A stretch of DNA of 64,000 nt, from the NCBI GenBank assembly GCA_000934665.2, contig JYFJ02001226.1, forward strand, positions 1-64,000, given 5' to 3'. Within the stretch, counting starts at the first letter, position 1. The number at the start of each line of letters is the position of its first letter. This document shows positions 11,549 through 26,500 of the stretch, piece by piece. This DNA is from Catajapyx aquilonaris. Lineage: Eukaryota. The position numbers were made by a program, and so were the translations under genes. The notes beneath the pieces are model-generated. The model made no database searches. It had not been told where the DNA came from and worked only from the letters and a program-made list of their open reading frames with translations.

Positions 11549-14500
11549 TACTGCCTGCAAATTTAAAATTTGTTAATTACTTTCATTGTGGATTTCATTG
11601 GGTATTTACATGTACGGTGCTTCATTTTCAGTGATTTAGCAGCAAGCTAGAATTGTGTTAGGCATACTCTGTGTACAAGGACCATTTCAAAAGTACACTA
11701 CCCTGCATTAACGGCTATGCACAGCCAGCGCTGCAAGGCGGGAATGGGCTGAAATAAGGGCTGCATTCACAATAGATACAGTATACCGTAATGATATTAC
11801 GGTGGATTCAAACGCTTGCTACAAAGATGACCATAGATATCTTATACATGTATATATACAAGGATGCATCTATCGGATGGATTATAAGACCACTGTGATT
11901 CCTCTCAAAGCACTGAAGTTGTGAACCAGTTAATACACGGGTCATGTGAATGCCTATTAAGGTTATTGTTGTCCCCTGTTAGCATGCGGCTGTATAGGGG
12001 ACATTTTGGAGTGTGTGTAAACAGCATCACTCCTCTCATTTCACTTTTTTAAATAATAATAATTATTGGGTGATAGGCGTCCCCCTAGGGGTTTTCAGCC
12101 AGACCTTTATTTAACGTTGGTACAATTTTGGGAATCCTATTATTGAAGCGCCCGGGCCCACGGCCAGGATGACAGGAGGGGATGTGCAAGTGCAGTGCCT
12201 TGTCCGAAATGAGGTCGTTTTGTGAGCTCCCCGGGCGGATTAGTCTAAGGAAATTCCACCCGAGACGAAGACAGAGACGACACTCAACTCTGCACGAGAT
12301 GAAGGGGGTGTCCCCGGGCCGGGATCGAACCCGGGCATTTCACTTTTTTAAATGCAGGAGTTATCTAATAAGGAAGGAGTAGGGTCTGCTGTGCTTGACA
12401 CTGAATGTTATTCATTGCCAATCATTAGTAAGAGTTGTTTAGCCGTTTCACACCAGCCCCATGCTCCCACACTTCCATAATGTGCCGTTGGGTAAACTCC
12501 GATACGTTATGGGCCATCTTGACAAAGCTACCTCCGAATACAGAAGGAAATCAAGAATTCACCCAGGGGTGGATCCCCCCCCTCGCCCCCTGGCCCCCGA
12601 CGCCGAAAATTGAATCGGTTGAATTAAATACACACCCATTCAAATCTCCCACATTCCCCTAAACTCATGTGGATCCTCGCCTGAATTCACTGTGCTGACA
12701 TTCAATGAATTACAAATGAGCGTGGCACGTTTAAAAAAAATACACTGTATTAAAATGAAGCAATTCATACTGTATAAGGTAGAGCAAGATTTGGTACAGG
12801 AGGCAACAAGTCACATTCTACTGACTCTCATTTATGTAACTGACCAATGTTTGGTAATGGGTGACATTAAATGCGGAGCCCAGCAGACCCTGCTCCTTCC
12901 TTATTAGATAACTCCCAAAAGTGAAATAATGAGAAAAGTGTGATGCTGTTTACACACACTCCGAACATGAACAGGAGATGACAATAATATTTATAGGCAC
13001 TTAGGGTGAGGTGAAGTGGTGCTGCGGTAATGTACGCGCCCACAGATGTTAAGGTCACGGGATCAAATCCCGCCCGCGACACCCCCTTCATCTCGTGCAG
13101 AGTTCAGGGTCACCTCTGGCTTCGTCTCGGGTGGTATTTCCAATAGACTAAACCACCCAGGGGAGTTCACTAAAAATGGCCACATTAGGACATTGCACTG
13201 CACCTTGCACATCCCCTCCTGTCATCCTGCCCGTGGGCCAGGGCGCTGCGTCAAAGGTTCCAATTGAGTACAATTGTACTTGTTAATAAATAAAGGTCCG
13301 TGCAATACCCAAGAGGGGTCCAGGCACTACTCGGATTTATTATTTATTTATTTATTTATTATAGGCACTCGCGGGATCTATGTGCTGTAATAACTGGTTA
13401 ACAACTTCAGTGAGCTTTGAGAGGAATCACAGTGGTCTTATAACTACAGTAAAACTTCTTCAGTCGAACTTCCCGAAGTCAAAGAAAATTATGAGCTTGG
13501 TTGGTCACAATGTAAAATAATAGGAAATAAACTTCCCTAACTCGAAGCGCGTGCAGGGCCTTACGATGGGATATTGATGATTTTCAGTCTCCCTAAGTCA
13601 AAGTTTATGTTGGCGAGTACGGAAAATGCGCTCATTTCCCAGCCGAAGGGTTGCGAGTACAGAAAGGTTCAATTTCCTGATCTCCGTCTACCAGACGTAC
13701 CGAAAGAAGTGTTTGACTCGATTGTGACAATTGAATCCTTGAATCTAAGAGTAGGCAAATGTCCATAAAGGAGATTTTTTTACAACAAAACAACGGGGCA
13801 CATTGTAAGTGTGATAATGACAGTTATTTTTAAGTTTTGAACACCTTTCGTCGCTGGATATAAAGGTAGGCTTCCTTCTAGAATTTTGTGCATTAAAAAA
13901 TCCAAACTTCTCTAACTCGAATCTTCTATAACTCGAAGTTTTTTCCCGGTCCCATGGAGATTCAACTTACACAAGTTTTACTGTACCTCTTATAAAGCGG
14001 GAAAATGGTATAAAACAAGGTCGACCAGCATGCCGGTATAATCTGGGGGGTGGTGGCCGGCATGCCGCAATAACTGAGATAGATTTCCGTAACTTTGATC
14101 CTTGCAAATTTTTTTTGAATGGTTTGGTTTGGTTTATTAGGAAGAAGCCAAAGCAACTGTGGCTATCTGGCTATAGAAGATCAAAGGTTTTGAATGCTTC
14201 TGGTACCGTAATAACATAACGTTACGATGAAAGTGGGTGAGGGGCGAGTCTACAGGGTGTGAGAATATGCAAGTTCTGTTGTACAGTGCATATAAAAAAT
14301 GTAGGGTGGGACCAATCCCATCGTCAGCCTGCTTTAACAGGGAAACCCCCTGCTCCAACATACTGTTTACTTAGAGATTATTGCCAGACACTGAAATTGT
14401 AAACAATATATATGGTACGGCCTTTTCGATAGCCTTTATGTGAATTTCGATTTTCAGGCAAATGTTAAGTTTGGAAAGGATAACGTAACTTATGTGAAAA

Positions 14501-17500
14501 CCTTGCCTTATACCGGCATGCCACTTTATGAGAGGTAAAACAGGATGGTCCATCTTTGTAGAAAGCGTTTGAATCCACGCAGATATCTTGAGCCACCTGG
14601 AGTGGTCTCGTGAGCTGTCCTTGGGCTGTCCAATGATTTTGGACGCATCCGCCACCCCTCATTCCCGCCCGTTCCCACCTCGCAGTGCTGGATGTGCATA
14701 GCCATTAATGCAGGGTAGTGTCCGTCACTGCTGTGGTGCATGATGTTGTGGATTGATGGGTGTTAGAAATGAAGATTCCTTGGGTACTGGGACGAGTGTG
14801 AAAATCAATGGCAGTTGATCAAGACTGAGACATCACACGGCAAAAATCAAACAGACATTCATAGTGCCTTGCATGAGGTTTGTGGTTATCAAACTGTAGA
14901 GTGTTGCAGACCCACACAGTTTCCTGCTGGGACACTTGCTTTTGTAAGAATACGCTTGTGTGAACAACCCGACATTGCTGAAAATTCTGCATATTCATCG
15001 AATGTTGTTACATGGTGTTGTTTGACCTCACACAATATGCAGCAAAGACTCTGAATATTTGTTGGACGTTTGGCATGTAAAAGTCTCACCCTTGATCATC
15101 GAATTTCATGGTACCCAAGGCATCCTGCATTGGCGATTTTCAACATTTGTCAATCCAAAATGTCACATGCACTACAGTGTTAATGAAGGCACATACCAAC
15201 ATCTTCAAGATCCACACTCCTACTGACTTTAAAGTGTTGAAACGGTGTAGCCACTCCATGGCTGTGGCCCACTGTCCATTACTTACTTACGAAAATGATC
15301 CTTGTAATACAAAGTAAGTGTGAAATCTGTAAAATCTCAGTAGCAAGGTGCTGCAATACAATGTGTTGTGTTTGAAAGCCACAATGTGCTCCAATGCAGA
15401 AAATAATTCACAACCACATTCCATCAAACACTGCTTTACCACACAGACGACAATCATTAGTAAGAAATCCTAGACTGACTCTTCCAACCTGTGACGCTGC
15501 AGCAGATTGCGAGGCCCCAGCCCCGGTGACGGACCCATTGGCAGTTGCCTTGGCTGCGGCCATCCTGGTGGCCTCCTTCACCTCCTGGAATTTCTCAATG
15601 AACTTGTTGAGCTCCGCCTCCGATGCAAACCCAAGGCCATACACCGTGTTGGCACGTACGTCCGACCATTGGCCAAACTTCTGGGACGTCTTTGTGAATG
15701 TCATGTTGGGGGTTATTGTGCTGTTTATCACCGCCTGGAAAAGTCAGATTATCAGCTCAAATGCTCCGACACTTTACAAACAAGAGTCCCATAACCTAGA
15801 TTCTATGCCCAATTAAACAGGGCCTAGAAGTTTGCAAAGTGTAAATGCTTTACATCGACCAACTTCTGAAACAAATTAGCCTATCATAACATTCGACCCG
15901 CTCTTAACTGAATTCCGGCATTTTGTTACAACCAACTGTGGGCAAATGTGCTCAACTCTTCAGAACCACGATCTTGAAATGCCGTAAGCAATAATTTAAA
16001 ATGCCACCATACAACAGCACCTGTCTCCAACTCGGGAGAATCCTACGAGTGGGCTAATTTAGTCCTGATGCAGCCGTTGCACATAATGGCTTCAGAAAGT
16101 TCCAAACCTGACTAATTAAAGCCAAATTGCCTCCAGGTCTTAAGTGCCTAAAGGAACAAAGAAGCGACATGTGACACGGATAAAACTTAGGGAGAGATGC
16201 TCTCTCCGCATTGCCGGTAGGCAAACCCAAAGAATATTGTGACTGTCACGTTCAGCCCATTATTATTCCGCAACTTGAAATTAAGCAAAAGCGGCTCATT
16301 TTCCCAGCATGGCACTGCAGCTGTGAGGTGCAGGAAGCGCAAACCTTGGTCCCCTCAACGCTGATGATCCTGTAGAGGCTCCTGGTGGAGTCGTAGAAGA
16401 AGGAGACATTGACAGCTGCCCCGGAGGCTGCCACCCACGACCTCTTGGTCTTTGGGTCTATGTGGAACACGTGCGCCTTGCACGTGAAGATTGGCTGCTC
16501 CCTGGTGAGATAGAAACACCGGCATTAAAAAAAAAACATTTAGGCAGTGGAAAGCAGCAACTTGGATGATTAAACACGACTGATCAGGTAAATCAGGTGG
16601 TCTCGACACAAAATAAATTCCGCCTACATCGCAGCCAGCTTTTTTGCTTCCACTTGGTGCAATGTGGATACATCATTTCCGCATGACAGCATGACAGCTT
16701 TGAGTCCCTTTGTCCAGCATTGCTTGTTTAGGCTCTGTTACGCAATGGTCTCCACATATGCCTGGCATGCTCGTGACATGCTTTCCTTTCACCCGGCTAT
16801 TTTCCACTGGTTTCCACAAGCAGGCATGTTTTGTGAAAAAATAATATATGCCTGCCTGGTTCTCCCTTTGATCTCCAATTTTGGGAGGGGGCCAAGATTC
16901 AAATCCGACTTTAATTCGCTGGTTTGGTATCGACCTGCCAATCACACACACACACACACAGTTTCGATTCCAACGGACAGCTCCATCACACACAAGCAGT
17001 AATAACACCAGAAAAAGTTTCAGTCTACGCTCTACAGAGAGGAAGGAAACCCACCAGCCGTGGCCAGAGTTTGTCTCCAGATGCAGAGCGACGGAGAGCA
17101 ATAATTATCCAGATCATAAAGGTTAACAAAGCGGAATGAAATTGCAACCAGCCTGCGCATTCCGCATCATATCAAATTGGGGGAATGAAATGCATGCAAT
17201 AATATAAAAAAAAAGAGGCGCGTGTGCCTGTTTTCCCACCTAGATTATAATCTCTGGAAGGGATTAAACTGGGGAGGGGAACATGATATCATTGCACGAA
17301 CCACCATCCATTTCTCTGCTACTGGGCCACACAAAATTCGGATTTTTTGGGGGGCGGGAGAGATTACGTGTTTGGGCACGGACTAAACTGGACATCCGGA
17401 TTCGGATGCAGATGAAAAACATGCCCGAAAATCACGAAATTATGGCGGAAAAATTTGACGCTAATGAACCACATATCCTGCAAATGATTGCATGATAACA

Positions 17501-20500
17501 CTCTTCCAAGCAAAGTTTACAATGTACACAAGTAGAGTCCGTTTGCAATTTTTGGCACCATGTAATCAGATTTTTAGAATCGAAAAGCAGGTTGAATTGA
17601 ATTTATTCATTTCTGGGCATTGCGTGATCCACTGCTACCTGAGGTCAACGATTGGACCAATTCTCTTCGCATGCTACCTCCTCATGCATGGCTCTAAAGC
17701 AGGGGCGTCCACTCCACCGAATATTAGCGAGTTAAGATTTCAAAATCAACCGGTGGCAAAATTGTTTCAGCTGTCCCCCTTGTCAGGAGTGTCAAAACAC
17801 TGGGAAGAAGAATAGCCGGCTAAGAATATAACGTGTGAGCGTGAGGAAATGAAGAACAGGTCCCAGGGTTTGGATTCCAGTTCATGGGTGGTATCCCTGC
17901 CTGCCTGTCTGGGGGTTCGAGTAGCTCCAGTGCAATCCTATCTCTGGAGTGTTAACGACAAGGAATGAATACGGAAAATTCCCCAGTGGAAGTGGGGGAA
18001 TCTCCGTGATTCGATCCCTGCAGCAGCAAGCAAGCAAGCAAGCAGGGCCCTTTTATCCGGGGCCAAATTCCGGATAGAACAGCCAGGCCCCCACCAGACT
18101 ACTACTCAGCGTGCCTTTTCCTCCAACACCCACCACCACCACCCTCATTATTTTGGAGGGGGCCTCAGGGCTGAGAATCCGCGGTGCAAAACCCATAATA
18201 ACCAGGAAGCGGGCTCTCTCTCTCTCTCTCTTTCCCTCTCTGTGCAAGTACAGAGAGCGAAACAATGTGCAGGAGGATGTACAGTACCCATGAAGATCGA
18301 TATTTACGCAATACACCCCGTAATTATATCGATATTCACCGAAGCAGTGGTGGCCGAGGGGATATGGTATCCGGCTTCTAATCGGGAGGTCCTGGGTTCG
18401 AATCCCGGTGCCGGCAACTCTGTGGTTTTCTGTGGTTTCCCACGGTTCCTCCAGGAGAATTCCGGAGTTGTTTCCTAAAACTAACAGGCCACAGGCGCCT
18501 TCTTCCTTTCCTTTCCTAGGCCCCTATCCCAAAAAGCGCAGTAAAAACGAAACGAAGGCTGATAACGGGGTATGAATTATTAATTATCGATATTCGCGCG
18601 ATGTACCCATAAATATCGATATTCCTGGGTGACGTCCTGACCCCCACGATTGGCTTCTTCTAACTCCTCCCAACTCCTCCAGACAGACAGCCTTCACAAA
18701 TTATGCGTCTAGAATTATTCTTATAATGACAGCCAGTGAAGGGAGCATTGGCAGGTATGTCATCTGGGCGTGAGAATAGCGATGAGCCTATTATAACTTC
18801 CCGAGTTCCCCCGGACACCATCCTGGCCTAAAAGTGCCTTAGTAAGAGAGAGAGGATTGGACAGAGAGCGAACAGTGAGGCAGAACTTGGGTTTGCAGCC
18901 CCGGAGAGCGGAATCCGGAAGTTGGTAGTGCCCGGAGCGACCACACTTCCACTTCCTAAAACGACGCCTTATTCCAGTTGCATAACCCTCTGCAGCTGTT
19001 ACACGGACTACAGCAGAGAGACCCAGAGGAAGGACTGGTTTCCTCTAAGTATTATACCATTAAAATTCGAGTTCACGCAACCGATGTCGTGCTATTAGAG
19101 CTCTCTTAACTGCGAGTTAAATAAGCTGAATGAAGCGAAAATCTGGCAAGGTCAATCGGGACAGTTTGTGGGGTCAATTTGAGCGGATGATGAACGCACA
19201 GCTGTCCCGGGATAACATACCCGCAGATAAAAGGCTTTTTAATAGGATGGGGGGGGGAAGCCTGTCCGGACTTTCCCCCTCGGGCTGCTCCGGATAAAGA
19301 TAAATAATACAGGCGACACCCCGTGCCCTACACGTCCCCTCCTTAACTGTCCTACTGGAACTGTGCGAATCAACATTTATTTACTGCACTTCCTCCTCCC
19401 TACGTAATTGCCAGCCCTACTAATTAGGGCACTCTACCGTGCACAGCCTCTCCCCCCCCCCCCCCCCCTCCTATAATACAGNCCTCCATCCTATAATACA
19501 GTGTACTGGCGTAATTTGCATATGTTCCAAACCGGGCATATAATTGGCACCAAAGCATTTCCATTCATTCAGGAACAGCTGCACGGTTTTCTATGGGGAA
19601 CCGGGCCCGATCAATGCCAGCCGATATGTCACAAGAGCATTGGCGGACCGACGTTGGTGACGAAACAATGCCGGTTCGACACAATACGACGCTGACGTCC
19701 CTCTAGGGACGTCACTCTTATCTCTCCGATGTAGCCTCAAGGCTAACGAGCGCAATGGAGACCATAAAAGTTCATGTTAAAGTGAATCATTATATTCACG
19801 ACTATTATAGGCAGCGGCCCTCCCAGAATGCACCTCTGGCACCTCCCACTTTTCAAATTTTCACAAAGGACTCCAGGTTGCCAGATGACAAACATAAGTG
19901 ACAATGTTTTGAAAGAATGGCGTTACTTTATAACACTACTAGAGAAAAACCTATAGCTTCGCTCGAATTTTTCTAGAGCGCAGGCTTATAGGGAGCCGCT
20001 CGCTTTTTTTCTAGGCTTGCGGTCAAAGGATATCCTACAGAATGCACTTCTGGAAGCTCCCACTTTTCCAGTTCCCATGGAAATGACCTCAACACTATGA
20101 GTAAACAGTGTCAACGAAGGGGCACTGTTTACTCGTATTGTTGTGCGAGGGGGGCCAATCGGAAGCTACGCGGTAACAATATGCGGCAGACCAATAAGAG
20201 ACCTCGGTCAAGCAACGAAGGATTTTAGTATAGACCATTGTAGATTACATACATCATCTCAATATAAATCTACATATGAAAAGCACACCTGAGAAATATT
20301 TCCTTTGCCAGTGGAATGTTTTTAATGAGATAATGTTCGCTTCACTTTGTACCCTCTCTCCCGAGTCCCTCCTTGGGAGCATGAGTGGAAATTAGAAAAG
20401 CGGGAGGTGCCACACGTGCATTTTTGAAGGGTCGCTGCCTATAGCACGTCAAAAAGTTGCGAAGCGGACAGTATTGGTGCGGTCTCCCCCAAGCCATATA

Positions 20501-23500
20501 CAGATGCCACCAACACTTATCTCGTCGCTTTGGTGCTAGTGGCCATCATTAGTCTGTCCGCACCTTTTTTTTTCTGGCCATGTATCCGGAAATCTACAGA
20601 AATGCACTCAGTTTGTGCAAGGCAAATATATGCTTGCGGACATGCTGCATTTTGATGATCCACTCGGGCGCTTATGGCCAGAGGGTCGTAATAGTGCGAA
20701 TTGCGTCCTGAAACGACGCTGCATATAAGCAGAAGCGCACACTGTATATACAAGAGGGTTGGCTTTGTTGGCAACGATTGCCTGGAAGGGGCTCCTCGGA
20801 CTATTGCGTGTGTATATATAAGTATAAAGACAGCAAGTGGAGAATGCAATTGGGGCCAGAGCCTCTCTTCCATTTCCCCCCCTTTATACTTTTCCTCCTT
20901 CTTGTTGTTCCTTGTTCATTTCCCACTCGCCTCGTTCAGATGCCCTCTGGAGGGGTATTACCGTAGTAAAGATTGTATCGCCTTTTCCAGTAGAAGCTGC
21001 TGTCCTCACAGGGGTTGTCGAGGAGGAGGAAGAAGAAGAGGATGGGTGTTTGGGAGGAGGGAGAGCACTGCGGCGCCTCTCCCCCCTCCCCACCCAACCC
21101 AACCCCTCGGTCCAAACACCAGGGCGTCGGCAGCATCGATCTGCACCCCCACTCCCTTTCCCTCCACCCCCTCATCCTCCTATACCCACTTTTCCCGGTA
21201 TATAACAGCGTGGAAGGGTTTCAAGCGTGATCCGACACTTGCTTCGGATCCGCAACAACCAACAGCCCCATGCACACAGTCTCACACCTACATACACGCA
21301 GAGCCTCGTTGCGGCCGGTCCCACACTCCAGGAGGGACACTCGACCGTTTGGCGGCGACACATCGGATGTAATCACATACGGTACATGTTCCGGTTAATG
21401 CCTCTATAAGGACACCAGGCTGGACCCAGACTGCTCGACTCGGATCCAACTTAAACCTGGTTCGAACCACAAAATGACATGTCCGCTGGATAAAAGTTAT
21501 AAAGAGAATGGTACACAAGTGCTTCCATTTCGGTCTTCTTCCACCAGAGCCAGGATACTTTTCGGGTTGGCAAAATGGGAGAAATGTTGGGTGTCCATAA
21601 TCCATAATGGAAAGTCATTTTCTGTCAATATTCTACAGCCAAAACATGTTTACAGGCCATGGTGGTGTCGGACCGTATGAGACATTGCGGCATTGTTATT
21701 GTCATGTTTAGTGAGCCAACATTCAAACCAAGTAATGGCTACAGGAAGTGTCGGAAATTCTATAACCAATCTCTAAAGAGGTTGCAATGTTATTTGTAAA
21801 ACATTTAATAATAGTTATACGCTGTCTGCTTGTTCCGCCGGAATCTTGAGCTGGACACATCACACTGTTTACTATCAGCACAATATTATTCCGGACACGT
21901 GCTTTTCTTATTGTAAAGTGGCCGCAATACTGTGCCTACGATGCATTTCTCTGCAGTTTGCAACCTCTTTCCTGATTGGCTACAACTTTGGTTTCCCGAT
22001 ACACAAGACTCTCGATTTTAACTCGAATTTCTGATTGTCATTCCCTCTGTTCTTTCCCTGCATCCGGCAATCACCTTCTCTGAGAGAGGAGAAGCAAAGA
22101 AGGACCAGGTTGTTTATATATTTGACACATGGCTCAAATCTGCATGTAATCGACTTTATGGCTTGTGATTGCACATGCTCGTCATGTGATCTTGTGAGAG
22201 CATGCAACATTGGGATCCATCGAGTGTTGTTGCAGATGCGAGACTGACCTCTTCCTGCCGAGCAAGAGGCTACAGAGGTAGAGCTGCTGCAGCTGTTCGG
22301 CAGTCAACTCGCCGCCGACGACGCTCGTCATGCGGTCCTCGTCCTTTTAACCGGACCGCCACCGCTCCCCCACCCCCACCCTTCTCCGTCGGCCGAGCGC
22401 CCATCACCCGACGACAGCCGACGACAACCCCCCAGGGAAAGAAACTAGGGACAACAAGGACGACGCCAGGGAGATGGGACGGCGGAGGCGGAGAAGACGG
22501 CACCACCCACGTGCACTAGTGTCCTCCTCCCGGTAGCCATTCAAATCACTATATACTGATCGCCACTGGAGCCAATCGGTGAATGGAGAAGCCTCCGGTC
22601 GATTCCGCTAATAACCAGAGGGGGGGGCCAAATGGCGCGTCGGATCACTCTGTACTGGGGTGTGGTCCAGGTTCCCGCAACAATGCGGCCAACAAACACA
22701 AGACCGGCACTACAGCTGCATGATGCGCGCTAAGCCTTGCGAATCAAACTAGTGGCGAGGCATGGGGGGAGCTCGAGTGTGTCTATAACCACCCCTCGCT
22801 CCCTACCCCTCTACAATAGTACATGTCTGCGACTGCGCTCATCGATCCCAATCTTCGCCACCCTCCTTTCCTTCTGCTGCTGCAGTGCCATCCCCCTTCC
22901 TCTATACCCCCCCCCCCCCTTTCTCCTCTCCAACCAACAAACACCAACCTGCATTCCTCCGCATCTCCCCCACCCCACCCCTACCACCCACAATCCCGAA
23001 ATTTTCTTCTGGATCTGTTAATGGGCCACCACAGTCTGACTATAAATGGCTCAACTTCCCTCCCTCCCCCCCCTCCCTTGGCAAATTTCGTTCCCCCAGC
23101 CTGAGCACGAGGGGAGTTCGTCAACTCGATACAAATGTACTACATTTACGCTACATGACTCCGGACATTGCCAATCTCTCAGGTGGTTTGACTTACGCGG
23201 GGTTGACCCATTGGCAGACTTGCTGATCACGTGATTCAACATTACACAAACTGGTTCAACAAACGGCTCAACGGGTTCAATATCGTACGCGTCCTGCAAT
23301 GTATGCAGTGTACAAGAAGTAAGTCATCGGTAAATTATGTCCAGGAGGTGGGGTGTGTACAGCCTCGACCGCACGACCGAGAAAAATTGGCTCCCCTATA
23401 GGTCCGGTCGGAACGATTGGAGCCATGCGACCGTCAAACCGACCAAAACTATCTCAAACAGAAACGATCGCATGTCTCTAGTGCAGTAGTTTCCAACTTT

Positions 23501-26500
23501 TTACCAACTGCGACCCCCTAAACATGTTTCCATAAATGTGCGACNCCCCGCCGGCCCCTTCTACAACTGCCCCCCTTTCCAGAAAACATACACTCCGTAC
23601 GTCCGCAAAAATAGTTCAATTGACACAGATAATGTACACAAAAAAGGTTGAACCAAGGCTCGCGACCCCGCCCGCGACCCCGCCCGCGACCCCGCCCGCG
23701 ACCCCCCGCCCCGGTTGGAAACCCCTGCTCTAGTATCTAGTCCAGGGTTATTCAACTGGCGGACCGCGAGGATATACAGGACAGCTTGAAATAGCGCTGG
23801 AAATTACTAATTCATGATTTTTTTTCTTTTGAAGAAGTGCTACCAATTTCATCAAATACACACCCATTCAAATCTCCCACATTCACCTAAGCTCGTCTGA
23901 CCTTGGACCCCCGAATAAAATTGCGGCTGCGGCGGGCTTGCTCCCTGCCCTATACGGCTTGTTTCACATTGTGCTTATGAAATGCCCCCCCCCCCGAAAT
24001 TTTTCTGCCTACGCGCCTGTACAGGACATCATAAAGGGCGAAAATGTCTTATATATCCCTCAAATCGTGAGGGCAGTCCCCCAGGAGGTAAGGTTGCTAG
24101 ACACCTCCAAGGCGCGGGTCAGAGACCCTCCCGACGCAGGCGAAAGGGAACTCCCAGGAGGGGATCGAACCTGGGACCTTTCACTCAGCATGCCGAGACG
24201 TTACCATCTCGGCCACCGCACCTCCCCAACAATCCTCTCTCTTGCACCCATTAGGAAAAGATGCCTATGGAAACAAACACTGGGTCCAATAATGAAACAA
24301 GAAAACATTCGTGGCAGATTTCTAATATTTTTTTTTCCACTAGAGGAACTTGCATTATTTCCAGTGTGTCATACGGGCAAGACAACTGAGGAAATGGGAA
24401 TAATTTGTTATTCCCAACCAGCTGTCCCCTCAGAGGTTGCCAATATTCCGTTGGCATGCCTGAATAATGTTTTTAAATCAGACCAGGAGGATTATGGACC
24501 AGCATAAGTATAACCGAGCAATCCAATACCGAACAAAGATGATGCGATAAAAAAGCCGATTAGGTTGCATAAGCAGATTGTGTCGCTCAGAACGCGCAAT
24601 CGGGGCAATTTGTTGCAATGTTATGATGGAGTAGGTAACCCAGAGCAACCGATCCGGTCGGGTCCAGTAAGCCCTTACATTGCAATCTTAATACCCCTGC
24701 AACAATCGCCATCATATTTATATCCATGCAGACGGAAACTGCCAGTTGCTGATTTCTCCCTTATTTGGCCTGCAACCGGCAACATTTCAGATGTGCTCTC
24801 AACCGCAACAAACGAGCAGCAAAATGGGCAAGGTCAAAGAGTGGCCAGCAAAATTTTCATTCATATTATCCGAGCCTCTAAGCCAATACCTGGCAAAGTA
24901 CGAATAATATTCGTGTCTCCTAAGGTGATGCAATACGACCCGACCATGCAGAGGGACAGAAGGTGTAAAGCAGCTTAGCCCCAATCCAATTAGGGCCAAC
25001 CCTATAGAGATAGAGACGTACACAGGCGGAGACCGGATTAATCAAACGGACCGGTCTCACGCGTGATGCTTCCGGAGCAGATCATGTAAAGGCGTTTCCT
25101 ATTCATCAGTTGTGATGTATGTGCTGCACTTTTTTGATGGAATCACGAGCACCATGCAAAGACACGTGTACTTCTCGCCTGGCTGACACGCGCGCATTAA
25201 TTTATGGATACTCTTAACTCAAATGGTTGGGAGGCAACGTACACGCCATTACTCGGTACACGCTTATCAAACCTCGCCGCACAATCTGTCACAAAAAAAA
25301 GTTTCGAACAAACGTACCCCATGTGCCATCTACTCGTCTACAATATTAAAATCCTATTAATGATGTTTGTATTAAAGGCCTATGATTGGTCAGCAACAAA
25401 TATTGTTACCGCAATGCTTCCGAGTGGCCCCCTCACACAAGAAGACGAGTAAACTGTGCATCTTTCATTGACACTGTTTACTCCTATTGTTGAGGTAATA
25501 TTTGTGGAAACCTGAAGAGGGGTAGGTTGCAGAAGCGATTAACAATATGGCCTCCATCCCATGCCGCAGGCCTAGATAAATGCGATCGAAGCGATGTTTT
25601 TTCTAGTATATTAAAATCCTTCGTTGTGTGACCGAGGCTTCTGATTGGCCCGCCTATTGTTTGCGCGAAGCTTCCGATTGACCCCCGTAAGTTCTGCCCC
25701 TGCGCAATGGAAGGAGGCAGCGCCTCTGGCGGGCGGCAGGAGGAACTAGTGATTGTCTAACATGCCCCATTTAAAAATCCAACCAAATGTGAGCGCAAAA
25801 ATGCGCCGGTAAATTCACACTGGAGTGTTTGCATTGAGAGCCAGCCTGTGCATAATGTGTGGTGCATACAGCGTGAGTCATGCGTGAATGCCAGGTAGAC
25901 GTCGGAGATCTCATCATCTCCCGGCTTCATCACCATACAATGAACTTTCAACTCCGGGGGAAACGGATTAGAGCCGAGTCACCCGATTATACATATCCAT
26001 AATTGATGCGTCCCTCGGCAAATCTCGGCTGGATGTACTACGGAGGAGTAAAAAGTACGGGCAGAGTATAGATATGGCACCATCTGGAGAAGGCAGAGCG
26101 AACTATGACGGAGCAATAGACGCCAATAATGTTGGCTTACGAGTCAGCTGGAAAGGGGGGGTGTGGGGTGGATAACCGCTTCCAGGCCAACGAGCGATTA
26201 GCGACGACACGTCAAACGTCCTGACGGGGCGTCGTCACGACGACCTCTTATTACATCGCACACATACAGTCCCTACGACACCATTAGTGCAATTAGCCCA
26301 AAGCCTGAGCCCCTCGAATCGGATATAAATCAGCAAGCAGCAGGATTCATTCCCAAGACTTTGCCTCACTCGGAATGCCGTCGCCGTCGTCGCCTCAAAA
26401 TCGACTTCATGATTCGGGTCGTCGATCAACCAACATCCGACTCATTTGCTCCTCAGGTGTTGCTGCCCTACCCCAGAACTATTTCTGCATAGGTCGCAAT

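Larger units (their letters stand above)
11882..13443. mobile_element. Old TIR element hosting two SINEs and a hAT MITE
   Basis: ttataagaccactgtgattcctctcaaagcactgaagttg (11882) is inverted at 13400-13443. Confidence 0.7.

Noticed and set aside
18344..18416. Possible tRNA-Arg(TCT) gene; similar heads at 5960, 24150-24228 and 36490-36574
   Set aside because: The acceptor stem does not pair and the sequence runs into SINE bodies, with tails and TSDs where visible; these are SINE heads
20962..21400. Third coding first exon of Homer
   Set aside because: GC-rich with donor-like sites, but no ATG in the required phase-2 frame; it could still be a UTR exon
23660..23712. Short direct repeats resembling a CRISPR array; also 27930-27965
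   Set aside because: Contiguous tandem units with no spacers, in a eukaryotic repeat context
25310..25325. ATGGG|gtacgt as Homer exon 1
   Set aside because: It lies beside repeat-derived DNA with no promoter features; 29604-29600 has a consensus donor and promoter context
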